DNA of 62,822 nucleotides, filler included, from Globobulimina sp. (Eukaryota), in NCBI GenBank assembly GCA_003354225.1. It is 37 parts of 37 records of this genome, joined end to end, with 100 filler letters (N's around TTAATTAATTAA, not from the genome) between each part and the next. Parts side by side here need not be neighbours in the genome. Positions count along the whole stretch, not along the records: positions 10,212 to 11,812 come from PIVH01014267.1; positions 11,913 to 13,513 come from PIVH01014268.1; positions 13,614 to 15,214 come from PIVH01014269.1; positions 15,315 to 16,915 come from PIVH01014270.1; positions 17,016 to 18,616 come from PIVH01014271.1; positions 18,717 to 20,317 come from PIVH01014272.1; positions 20,418 to 22,018 come from PIVH01014273.1; positions 22,119 to 23,719 come from PIVH01014274.1; 29 more parts are not named here. One strand, given 5' to 3'. A program made the position numbers and the translations under genes. Under the pieces are notes generated by a model. It ran no database searches. It worked only from the letters and a program-made list of their open reading frames with translations, and was not told where the DNA came from. This document shows positions 11,651 through 24,047 of this stretch, piece after piece (the first letter of the stretch is position 1; each line of letters begins with the position of its first letter).

Positions 11651-11812
11651 TTAGTGTAGAGATAGACCTTCAACTTTGGTGATTAATTCTTTATTTGAGG
11701 CAGTATTGGCCCGTTTATTTCCATTCATCTCGCGATGCGTTACATTTTCTTCATTTGCTACAGCTTTCGATAATAAAATTGTGGCTTCTTTGTCTTGGTT
11801 GCGGTCCACGGT
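11651..11812 (-). CDS. 3' end of an unknown gene
   Basis: Frame open from the contig edge: TVDRNQDKEATILSK...ELITKVEGLSLH-stop. Confidence 0.5.
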   Translation of the reverse strand, partial: TVDRNQDKEATILLSKAVANEENVTHREMNGNKRANTASNKELITKVEGLSLH

Positions 11813-11912
11813 NNNNNNNNNNNNNNNNNNNNNNNNNNNNNNNNNNNNNNNNNNNNTTAATTAATTAANNNNNNNNNNNNNNNNNNNNNNNNNNNNNNNN
11901 NNNNNNNNNNNN

Positions 11913-13513
11913 TAAAAACCATTAAATCGAATAATAAATTTGCGATCCAATAACAAAGCAGACCTAACCCGGCGATGATTTGTTGATGTTTTACTTTGGA
12001 CTCTCTTTCGCGTACAATATGCGACGCGAATGAGGTTGGGATGAAAGCATAAGACAAAGATATTAATATTATTATCATCAGAGTCACGCCAAAATCTATC
12101 ATTTCTATGTCAGAGCTCGCCAATGCAAAGGGATGCGATGAGACTGATAATGTACTCGCTGTATCGCCGCGAATCTTATTTAATATCGCCTGGTTCCATT
12201 GGTTCACCAGTGCTGGCAGCAAATGTGTGGCCTTGTCGTCGTACAAAAAAGTCAATGAATGGTCATTTGCATCCACATACAACGCAGCATAAATGGCATC
12301 GATATCATATGGCTGTTGTTTGTATGTTTTATTTGCAATCCAATGATTTAAATCATTATACAAAGAGATATCATTTACATTTATAGAGTCAATATCGTTT
12401 GAAAAGGTGCTTATGATGGAGGTGGATGTGCTGTTTATATCATTGTAGGGAATAATGAACGGTGATTGATATGCGGTGGTCGTAATATGTAAGATCGGCT
12501 GCGCTGTGCTCATAGTATTAGTACCAAAGGATTTAATCAACGACAATCCAAATAATAAGGAGATTAACGGCATGATGCATTGCGTGAGAATGCCCCGTAA
12601 ATCTCGGATTGAGACACGGAATCTCTTTTGAATCACAGTGCCAATGTGAATGCGGCAACGTCTGTTGTTACAAAAGTAAAAATATTTATATATAATGAAA
12701 AGAATATTGAAGCAATCTTAACTGATATGAGGATAAATGCGGTCGTTGGAATTTGCACAGTGAGTCAATGATAGCTCGATCAATCTTGAATTCCTCCGCT
12801 GTCAACTGCTCATTTCCATGCTCAAAGCCATGCTTTTCCTCGTTTGGTGCTGTCAATAATGTGTCACTGATATTGCTGTCATGAAATGGCTCAATTTTAG
12901 GAACAGAATATATGTCATTATCACCAGAAATCTTCAAAAATACTTCCTCCAATGTCTGACCATCACATACAACTTCATAGTTAGACAAAAATCAATAGAC
13001 AGGATATCCAAACTTAACTGTAACAGAAACCGCATAATGTTGCACTCGCAACTCAGCCAAATGACTGTCGACATAATGAAACAATGCTGGAAATTTGGAG
13101 GAATCCTGAATGGAGGTTTTGAAAATAACCTCAATCGACGATACTGCGTCCATATTGTCACTGCATTTGGCAATATCCGCATATACATTGTCTGAGTTAT
13201 ATAATACAGCATTTTTGATGAATTGCTGGATTTTATTGGTGATTTGCTCTAAATGTGCTTTGATATCATCAACATTGCAATGCAGAGTAAATATTAAATT
13301 ATACCCCACGCCACACACCGATTTCAAATACAATGCGCTTCCATATATTCGGAGCTTACCATGTGCCATAATACCGATTCTATCCGCAATCGCATCTGCT
13401 TCATTCATGTCTATTTTTTCATTGATACACAATATGCATATTTACATATAAAATATAGACAGAATACCATGTGTTGTCAGCACAATACATCTGTTCTCTT
13501 TATATTTCTCTAT
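11913..13513 (-). CDS. ABCA-family transporter, internal fragment with several introns (e.g. 12956-13018)
   Basis: MNEADAIADRIGIMAHGKL..GS..YLK...GVGYNL, spliced YAVSVT/TLEEVFLKI, and VRERESKVKHQQIIAGL...YWIAN. Confidence 0.92.
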
Positions 13514-13613
13514 NNNNNNNNNNNNNNNNNNNNNNNNNNNNNNNNNNNNNNNNNNNNTTAATTAATTAANNNNNNNNNNNNNNNNNNNNNNNNNNNNNNN
13601 NNNNNNNNNNNNN

Positions 13614-14478
13614 CGTGGAAAATATGTGGAAAAACTCGTTGTTTTGCGATGTGACCATTGAGTGTCCGGTACATGAAAGCAATGGGAATTGCAAGTTTTG
13701 CGACGATGGGAGCAAAATGATAATATTAGAGAATAATAATTATAACAACAAGAAACACAAACAATTGCGATCCAAATCCGCGGAGAATAAGGAGGATGGC
13801 AATAAAAAGGAGACACAAATAAAAGCGATGAATATGAGCATAAATGACAATGACAACGACAGTAAACAGGAAGAGGAGGAGGAGGAGGCCGATGATGAGG
13901 AGCTCGAGGAAGACAATGAAGATTCGGATATTGATGAAAACGACGAGGATAACAATAAGAAAAAGGACGCGAGTTTGCAATTGGAGACGTATTTGATATT
14001 CGGACATAAATGTATATTGTCATCGGTATCGACGGTATTTTATGCGATGCTGAATAACCATTTAAAAGAGCACGACGAAAATCATATAATTATATCGGAT
14101 TTGTGCTCGAATACAATGTATCATTTATTGAATTATGCGTATTCCAATGGCGTGCTAAGTAGATGCGACTTAAAGGCATTGTTTGCGGCCGCTGAGAAGT
14201 ATCAAATTTATGAGTTATGCCACATTTGTTTGCAAAGGATGCAGTCCAACATTAAGATTCATAATGTTTGCGATTTATTTGTGTTTGTGCAGCGGTATAA
14301 AGATATTCCTCATATTAATCATCGAATGATGACAAAATTTGAACATAATTTGTTTCAATTTATGGTGGAAAATTATCCACAAATATTGAAGTTAGATTCG
14401 TATCACAAATTAAAATCGAAAATTGAATCGAAATTAACTATGTTTATGTATCAGAAACAATTTGGCGAACACAAATAA
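13614..14478 (+). CDS. BTB/POZ domain protein with acidic insertion, 5' truncated
   Basis: FCDVTI..GHKCILSSVSTVFYAML..LLNYAYS..LFAAAEKYQI..L...C. Confidence 0.85.
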
Positions 14479-15314
14479 AAGAAAAGGAAAATATAAACTT
14501 TATATTTTAGATGACTTTGGAACGGGTTTTTGCCGTTTCATAATATGATAGTGTTTGATTGAAATTTTACATTACTTTTATTGCTTTTTTGAGACGATCT
14601 TAGATAACCAGCCACCAAATATTTTCACATAATTTATTTTCACATAATATTAAAGAGATCATGACACAAATTCTGAGTTTCATGTCCTTTGTGTAAGTGT
14701 ATACCATAATTTCAAATAACATACAAAATATGGATTACTGTACCACTAGAGAGATATCATATAATTAAAAAAGATATAATATTAATATAGGATGATTTGT
14801 GTGTTAACAAAAAAAACTCAGTTCATATGTTTTTTGAAATTATTATTTCTCTTATGTTGGTATATAATGCTTGGTTGTTATACATTTGTCTAACTACTAT
14901 AAGTACTATTTTCCCTGCTTCTATATCTTTTTTAAATATTTTAACAGTATTATTACATGTTAATTTGTATGTTATTATTGTGTTAGGTGGTGTTGGTATA
15001 TGCATGGGTTTGTTGAGTGTTGTTAGTAGGTATAGGTGTGATGCTAACTTTTTCTTAGCTTGCATGGTTGCTGCTTTTATGTGTGTTCCTAGACAGATGT
15101 GTGTTCCACCGCGCTCTACAAAATATTCACGTAATGCTCGATTAGTCGCTCCTTTCCTGTTGTTGAGGCCATGTTGTGTTATTATAATTTATTACCTGCT
15201 TTTTGTTATTGTTGNNNNNNNNNNNNNNNNNNNNNNNNNNNNNNNNNNNNNNNNNNNNTTAATTAATTAANNNNNNNNNNNNNNNNNNNNNNNNNNNNNN
15301 NNNNNNNNNNNNNN

Positions 15315-15804
15315 AAATGATTTGCAGCTGTTATTCCAGGGAATGTTCAAACATTTAGTAAATGAAAGATATACATTTGGCCAAATTTATAGTAGTGCTT
15401 GGTGTCGAAGAATGAGATATAAAGAATTACCAAACGTTGTCGAAATGAGGGACTTTTTTATGAAAGATCAAGAAGAGAAACAAAAACGTAAACAAAGAGC
15501 TATGCCAATTTGTGTAACGTACACCAAAAATATTGATCAAACATTAGATTTTCAAACAATGATTTTCAAATCCAAAGATATTATATATATTAATGGTGAT
15601 ACTCGCATTTTTTATAGACATTCACGAAAACGAAGTTATTATTCAAGAAATGGTATTGAGATCGGAATTGGTGATGTTGACACTTGCGATCTCAGAAGAA
15701 TTGCCCAAATAAAATTAGATATTAATCGTGGAAGATTGTCACATATTGTATGGAGAAAACAAACGAGCATCAAATATGACGTTGATTGTAAAATGTATTA
15801 TTAA
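15315..15804 (+). CDS. 3' portion of an uncharacterised protein
   Basis: 160-codon open frame from the contig edge in AT-rich DNA; no recognised motif. Confidence 0.45.
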
Positions 15805-17104
15805 AAATTGTATTTTTATATATATTCATCCAAAAAAGACAAAATAATAATAATAAATATTTATGTTTAACAATGTTAATTAAATAGAATTATCAATATA
15901 AACTATTATAATTACAGGCGATGGTCGGTATTTCCAATCCTAAATTCATGTATGTTTTATTTATATGCAACAGAATATAGTAATAGCGACAAGGCGGTGT
16001 TTATGCTTCATATTGAATAATGAATATACTTCATATTGAATATGCGTTTTTTGATGTCGCAGTGGTTCCTGTTTGTTTGAATATAGCAAAGGGAATAATA
16101 ATATGTATTGCTAGCTACAGATATTTTTGCCGTTGTTTGCGTGTAACAATTGCAATTTATCTGTTGTTTGTGACTATTTACTGCGAAATAAATGCTGGTA
16201 TGTAGCCATTGGTATATCTAAAGTGTATGAATAAAATGTAAATATTTTAACGTTTTGAATGCGTTTCGTTGTTTGTACGTGTATTTATTTATTTTGTTGT
16301 TTCTTTTTAGTATATGTTATATTTATAGTTGTAATATTAGTAAGAAAAAAAATATCAATATGATAATATCTCTCTCAGGGCTGTTCCAGCAATCTGTGAG
16401 CCTGGAATCAGTATACGTTATAGGATCCATGTTTGGCAAATGTGTACTGTGGTTTCTTACCAACTGATCCAAATACAAACATATGAGTGCGTGGTGTAAG
16501 TTATACCGTGTAACACAACTATACACGCGTCTATACACATAAATGATATAATCAATTAATGGTAGCGGGGAGTTATCTCCGTGGAACTCATGTTCAAGCA
16601 ATCTGTGACTCACATACTAATTAATTGTTGTGTATATATCGTCAAAATAATAAAACAGAGACCAAAGAACATGTCAACCTTAACTTCATAAACTCTGCTG
16701 CTAATAAAAGTGATTGAAATTGCTTGTAGAGCTGTCTATATTATTCAAAACAGCGAAATATATTCTTTTATTCACATAACAAACACAATATAAACTTGGG
16801 ATCAACTTTTCAAAAAAGTGAAACGTTGGTAATTTCTAACTTTGTCAAATCGAAGAATTGAAGTCTTTCCTTTTAGAATCTATCTGATTGATACAATACA
16901 CACACAATAACAAACNNNNNNNNNNNNNNNNNNNNNNNNNNNNNNNNNNNNNNNNNNNNTTAATTAATTAANNNNNNNNNNNNNNNNNNNNNNNNNNNNN
17001 NNNNNNNNNNNNNNNAATGATGTTTGCTAATGTTTTGAAGTCCAAGTGACAGAGTTGCAGACAATGGAATCGACAATTATAACCTTGCGCTGTTTGTGGT
17101 CTGA

Positions 17105-18277
17105 CTATTTATTATTGGCATTATCAGATTGTATATCATTGTTTATATTATTAATCCAAATAGCATCCACTGTTTTTATTTTCATATTTGTACATTGTTC
17201 CCACGCTCCACATCTTTCAATATTTGTACAATTAATCCAATCAAAATCCAAGCACGCACTACATTTGCAATCAAATATCCGTCTCTTTATTACTGTGGGT
17301 GAAATGATATTAAATTGATAATATTTAGTAATGTTTTTAAGATTTGAACATATTTTTTGCTGTTTAATATGATTAACAGCATCAACATCAACAGAGAAAA
17401 ATCGACGCTGCATCCATTGGTCTTTAATCAATTTATCATTTAAATATTCAATCAATGTTTTATCATATGTTTCAACTGCTGGATTATATATGATTTTACC
17501 TCCGCTTATTCCGTACCGTACGCATGTTTTTATGGTATGTCCTTCAGCATCACATTTACATTTGCCATGTTGTGGACAAGTAAAAGTCCACATTAATTTA
17601 TCCAATTTTAACCTCTGTTTAACAATTCCCAACGCGACTAAAAACCCAGTTGACCTAAATTCGCCACAATCAGAATACCCATAAAAACATTGTAACTCTC
17701 TCTTTAAATTATTTTTAAAATATAACATCAAATTTTTGATATGTTCTTCAACTATATATATAGCAGCAGGCCAATCATGTTTTGGATCACTGGACATATA
17801 ATTATATGATAATTCGCGTGTACTTAATCCGTCAGTATGATTTTCAGAAACTAGTCTTGATATTACGCTGCATAAAGCAACACCATCTCTGTTGCTCCAT
17901 TGACCAGCTGTTTTAATTTGCGATGTTGGTTGAATATTATTTATAAAATCAAAATGTGAACTGACAGCTGTTAATGGTATGTTATTTTGACTTATATCAA
18001 CAAAATCTCTGCGCGTTCTGAAATTATATATATATGTTATATGATGTCTTGAGTAGGTAACGTACTCTCTCAAATACAATTGTTTAAACCCTTCCCATGT
18101 GACATGTTTTGGAACAAATCCCGCATCCTTGTCTTGTTTATTTTTTTTATTTTTATTATTAGTTGTTGTTTTATTTACAATTCTATCATATTTTTCATAA
18201 TAATTAAATTTTAAAACAACATCTTCAGGCACCTCAAATGCAGAACAAATATCACCATCAAGCAATTGTTTCAACAC
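17105..18277 (-). mobile_element. Sola-like (probably Sola2-type) DDD transposase, 5' incomplete
   Basis: Ordered motifs HFDFINN, SSDPKHD, YSDCG.EFR and WTFTCPQHGKCKCDAEGHTIK, plus C-terminal R..DCKCSAC.....C.N, match the recalled DF.EN / SD..HD / SDG..QYK / HGK...DG.GG..K transposase pattern. Confidence 0.65.
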
Positions 18278-18725
18278 GTGTCGATTTCACGAATTTTATT
18301 CATGTATTTATTGGATATAACGTAGACGTTTCAAAGGATAGCTTTCATATTATACACAGTTGGTTATTGAACCATTATGGATGTCTGACATGAGTATCAG
18401 ACAAAGTTGTCTACAGGATTCCATTTTAGCGAAGCCATGCTTTGAGGACAGATTTTGTTGACTTTGAAAGGAAACTTTTTAGAAAACTTGGTGTAAAAGT
18501 GAAAAAATGCAACAATACAAAATTAAATATTTAAATAAAGACAATCCATTAAATATACATATAAATAGTTGCTAAATATATAATAATCTTATTTGTTTTT
18601 AAAATTTGTACTCGCGNNNNNNNNNNNNNNNNNNNNNNNNNNNNNNNNNNNNNNNNNNNNTTAATTAATTAANNNNNNNNNNNNNNNNNNNNNNNNNNNN
18701 NNNNNNNNNNNNNNNNAAATATAAT

Positions 18726-18999
18726 AGACGGTGGACAACCTTTATGGCCCACAGATAGATACTTAGACGGTGGCAACCTTTACGGCCCACAGAGAGACGG
18801 TGGCAACCTTTATGGCCCACGTACAGAGAGAGTGTGGTACCCTTTTGAGGTCCACAAAGAGAGAGAGTGGTAACCTTTATGGCCCACAGACGAGACATAA
18901 GTATTATGTCAGTTATGTGCAACATCACAGCTTGATATAGCTTGTGTTGGTTGGCATAACCATAGAGATAGAGAGTGGTGGTACCTTTGTGTGGTCCAC
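18726..18999. repeat. Minisatellite of 21-22-bp GTGG...CCAC units with GA-rich linkers
   Basis: Units like GTGGCAACCTTTATGGCCCAC at 18731, 18770, 18800, 18834, 18867 and about 18978. Confidence 0.85.
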
Positions 19000-20628
19000 A
19001 TTGATATTGAATATGTGCAGCAACGCATGCTTGAGAGGGTTATCATGAGCGTGTGTGGTTTGCCATAATTCAGATTGCCAAATTTAATAAAATCCGATGC
19101 AAATCTAACTAAATACAAATAATAAAAATGTTTACAAATAAATATATCATATCAAAAATAAATATGAGATTTAATATTTAACTCCGAATTCAGATTGCAA
19201 ACCATATATAAATCATACATTATAAATATTGTGATTGTAATATGTATATTTAAGATAATCCCATTACAGTGATTCCATCCAGATCAATATTAATATTTAC
19301 AACTATATAAAATTAATCAGTATTGATATATATATAATAAATACAATAAATGTTATTAATATTTACTACTAAATATAATAAATGTTATTAATAAACGTAA
19401 TAATAAATATAATTGATATCATGCAGCTATCCATTAAAAGATGACACAAATCGCGTACAGGTACGTACCATTAATGAATATGTAGAGGCCATACATATTC
19501 ACTTGCAAATAAACTATAAAAATAAAAAATTTATATCTTCAAAACATTGCCATAAAACATCCATTGTCCGCTCCCTTTTGTATTTATTGACATGTAACTT
19601 GAGGGCGGTATGCAATGTTAATAAAAAATCAAATCATAAATCCAATAATAACTCCATAGCGTTCTCTGAAAACGTTTTAATGGACCACAGACCCGTTGAG
19701 ACTGTGTGTATTTTATAGAAAAACGAAGATGTTTATTTATATAAACACATTTAACCTGACATTACATACCAATGTTTAAGACGGCTCGCAAAATTGCAGG
19801 AATTTGCTTGTTTGATCATATAAATCATAGCAACAATAAACAAATCATTTATGCATACAAATAATGGCAGGCACAGCTTATAATGATTTTGATTTTGACG
19901 GTGATTCTATGTCAAAAAATGAATTTAATTCTGCGTATTATTTACATCCAACCAATACCTTAATAACTACATAAAATGTAAATTTTTCTGAATATATAAT
20001 GATGAATAAAATTGATTTACATTCAAAGTATACATTTTCAATAATAATATAACAATAAACCACGCAAAAACATTTACAAATGATACAAATGTACCGTATG
20101 CAGCTGATTTTAATCCATTTAATGTACTGAATGATGGCAATGAGCGTATTATTAATAAAAATGACTTTAATTTTAATGACTATAAACAATAAAAACGATT
20201 TTAATATTTTAAAATAAATTGCGATAATTATATTAATTCACGAGATGAGAAATTAGTGACACAATGATACTGAGATTACAACATATAATTCGTCAATAAA
20301 TATAGATATAAATACAGNNNNNNNNNNNNNNNNNNNNNNNNNNNNNNNNNNNNNNNNNNNNTTAATTAATTAANNNNNNNNNNNNNNNNNNNNNNNNNNN
20401 NNNNNNNNNNNNNNNNNTTGCGCACGATCCATATGACTACAGTATTGACTGTGGATAGTATATTCTGTAGAAACACTGCTCTCGGCGCGGTTATGATGAC
20501 ATTTCAAGCAAAAGTTTTGAAGACAATATAAAATACTAAAATTAAGGTTTTGTGATATAACATTATAAAAAAAAAAATGTTATGATATTAAAAATTCTGC
20601 ATTGTCCTTTTCCATTCCGGATTCACTT

Positions 20629-22018
20629 TCATTTACTATTATTTGAGTTATTTTCCGAATCCTTTTTACAACTTACACTCCAATACACACACATTAAAAT
20701 ATTCAAAAAGGCAGATGCTGCAAATATAGCCATTGCAAACCCAAAATGCTGATTCCAAATAGCTTTAAAACTATCCACGAAACTCCTACCGCCGGTATCA
20801 TCATTCAACGTAAACGGTCCAAAGCGAGCATTATTTGTTTCAATATCGATATCCTCCGCAGGTTCATACTGAACCACCAACGATTTATATACAGATTTAC
20901 CAGTACCTGATGGAACCATTGTGGTTTGACAAATTGTGCCGAAATTTATTGTTGCAAATTGACTCAGCACATCCAACCTCAGATTCCTCTCATTTGCATG
21001 ATTTCGCCCCATCACCTTCATATTGTGTATGCCATCGGCTCTTCTCTCGTCTGTCAACGCCTCCTCTTTCCACCAATCACTATTTGTTTGAATAATAAAC
21101 CAATCCAAATCAGACGTTTCTAACTCAAACGGGTTGATCGAATCTGTAAAATTTCTCGATATAACAGCCCCTTCCGGATATTCAGTACCACCGATAATAT
21201 AGTAACATGGCGTTGCAATGGGAGTGCTTTTTAATTGCGTCAAGGCAGCTTCATAGTTATCACAATTACCCAAAGTATCTCTAATTAACCAGCTGTATGG
21301 TACATAGCCATCATTTGTTAAAACAGAAAGACAGTCCAAAATACTCGCATCTGTATATCTGGAATTAGCAGCAATGGCAAATCCATCCTTTTTAACGCCA
21401 GCTACAATACCCGAATAACCAAAAAACGAATTTCCTTCAAATAATCTGTCTTTTCCTGATCTGTATTCAATGTCAATCAAAAGACTGCGTAGTTCGTCTT
21501 GAATGTCCAGCAGCCATAAATCAAAATTCCTGCCAAAAATAATGGCATTATTCGAATCAGCACAGACAATTCCAGTACAACCCCAAAGTAAAAAAATTTC
21601 CATTAAATTTACGATAACCACACCTTTAATAACAAAAAAAAACATGCGAAATCGCTAACGTTTCTACGAAAAAACATGCGAAATGAAGTAAATCTAAAAT
21701 AACATACCTTGTAAAGGTACCTCTGTGCAATTTGCGAAATATTCAATCTCAGATTTATACGGGTCTGAAACATGTTTATTGAACCATTCCATTCCTGCAT
21801 TATAAATAATATCTGTTGCTCCGCTCGATTCAATTAAATCGTTTAAATAGTTGTAAATTACTGTATAATTTGCGGTATATTCATCACATAGCGGACCCCA
21901 ACGAGTCTCCACTGAATCTTGCATATTCATTTTATATTTCTTTGGTTTGAATAATATGTGCTCTTTATCAGGTTTTGATGGCTTGGTTTTTTTGTAATTT
22001 TTATTCCTTTCAATCACT
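20629..22018 (-). CDS. Acid ceramidase/NAAA-like Ntn hydrolase with C-terminal TM; intron 21624-21707; 5' truncated
   Basis: GCTGIV (nucleophile Cys), GRNFD, N.R, W.IR..L, L...PI..PCYYII.G....GAVISR and QTN.D.W. Confidence 0.88.
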
Positions 22019-22118
22019 NNNNNNNNNNNNNNNNNNNNNNNNNNNNNNNNNNNNNNNNNNNNTTAATTAATTAANNNNNNNNNNNNNNNNNNNNNNNNNN
22101 NNNNNNNNNNNNNNNNNN

Positions 22119-23386
22119 TGTCCATTAGACAAAACATTCAGGAATGCCAAAGACATTCTATTGTATGCTAAAATAACTGATGGAATTCAATCTATTACGC
22201 TTGTTAAGAAAAAAAATGAGGAGAAATATGAATTGTATGCTGAGAAAGCTGATGGAAATACAGTTGTCAGGCATGTTAAGAAAATAAATGAAGAAACAAA
22301 GGAGGAAACAGTTCACTCTGCGATCAAAGTACTAAAAAAGACTAATTACAGCACCTTCCATTGTGTATGTGGTGGTGAATTAGTTTTAGCCAACTGGAAT
22401 AAAAAAAAAGCGTGTACACATTGTCACAAAGCAATCAATATCCAATCTAAAGGATATTATCGATGTAATAATGGCAAAGCATCCGTACATAAATTTGGTT
22501 TTTATCTTTGTTTCGAATGCGGAGTTGAGTCTTATTTATTTCACACAGCTTACAGAAGAACAGCTTATTTCAAATTATATACTAATAGGACTGTATCAAA
22601 CAAGTCAAAAAACAATATGGGCGCTCCATTATTAATTATAAAACAACCAACAAAATAAAATCTGCAACTCATTGGGTTTGGTGTTTAGTTGGTGGCAGAT
22701 ATGGATCACAAGAAAATGATGCACCCAAAAAAAAAAGATTCAGTGATGGAATGACGCAGAATTTAGATCTCGTCGAAGAACATATTCGTTCAAACAACTT
22801 AGCGAAAGCACAAAACGGCGAACCTATTAATAATGCATTGTATTGTCGGTTATTTGAACCAGAATCATTGACTAAAAAAGAGGTGTTGAGGCATATTGAC
22901 TTGTTATTAATGCGGTGTTTTCAAGAATCATATTTTGGTTCTAATAACTTGTGTGGAGCTGTTATTTATTACACAGGACATGGACGAAACAGTGGTAATT
23001 GGTTGTTAAAAGAAGAGGATATTAGCTTTGAAGATATTTACGATATTATTGTGAATTTTCAATTTTTATGGCAACAATTACGATTAGTATTCATTATTGA
23101 CTGTTGTTATGCTGGTGTTTGGTGTAAAAAATTAGCATCAATGTATGATGTATATCCATCTACAAAACGAATTGTTATGATGGCATCGGCAGATGAAAAC
23201 AATACGACTCGGTATACCAAAAATGGTGCCTATTTTACCCGTTATGTTTTGGGAACAGATGAAAAATTACCACAGGACGCACAGATTCCATATTATTGTT
23301 GGTATGAATCAAAAGCAAATGTTTTTGTCAATCGTAAAGATGTGCTAAAATGGAAAGACGGACACGTAGCACAACAAAAAATATAA
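22119..23386 (+). CDS. Zinc-finger plus caspase-like (clan CD/C14) protease; intron 22524-22588
   Basis: Cys/His finger CTHCH..YRC..H..FYLCFEC spliced in frame to an exon carrying IYYTGHG...GNW and IIDCCYAG. Confidence 0.7.
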
Positions 23387-24047
23387 ATAAAATAAATTGT
23401 AATAATTATTAATAACACTATTCCTTTTTTATTATTTCGATTTCTGTTCGTTGTACAATATACAATATTAATAATTGAAAATATAAAATGTAACAAATGC
23501 TGCGTTTCTCACAGATCTAGAAGTGGCAGAACCTAAAGTTTGAAGATTTTAGTATTTCGTTTCGAAAACATCCTAAGTGTGTCATCATGTTTTCAGAGTG
23601 GATAGATTCCTGTAAGTCATCAATTCAAGAATCAACTGAATGGAAAACAGTCTAATTAGAATTGCATAGAATATTATCAGATAAATTATCAACAGATTTA
23701 TCAGTTGAAGATCAACTAGNNNNNNNNNNNNNNNNNNNNNNNNNNNNNNNNNNNNNNNNNNNNTTAATTAATTAANNNNNNNNNNNNNNNNNNNNNNNNN
23801 NNNNNNNNNNNNNNNNNNNGAATATAGGAAATATTATGCAAACATCGTCCATGCATATTGCAGAATATATTATACTGACATCACTCCGTTGTGTGTGTTT
23901 GCCACTGTCACCAAATATTATCCTTGTTTTTTATAAAAGTATTTAGATTTTGTTTTCGTCCGCTTACAGGAAAAGAAGATCCGAGCAATTAAAAATATTA
24001 AAATAAACAGACATCGCGACACTATTTACAAAGAAAGATATGTATAC

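Noticed and set aside
14797-15214. Overlapping ORFs on both strands
   Set aside because: No recognisable motif; the hydrophobic plus-strand ORF is explained by T-rich composition.
18726-18999. CRISPR array
   Set aside because: Linkers are too short and GA-repetitive, units are degenerate, there are no cas genes and the context is eukaryotic.
19864-20212. Coding-like plus-strand stretch with stops and a frameshift
   Set aside because: Possibly a decayed gene, but no recognisable family supports a call.
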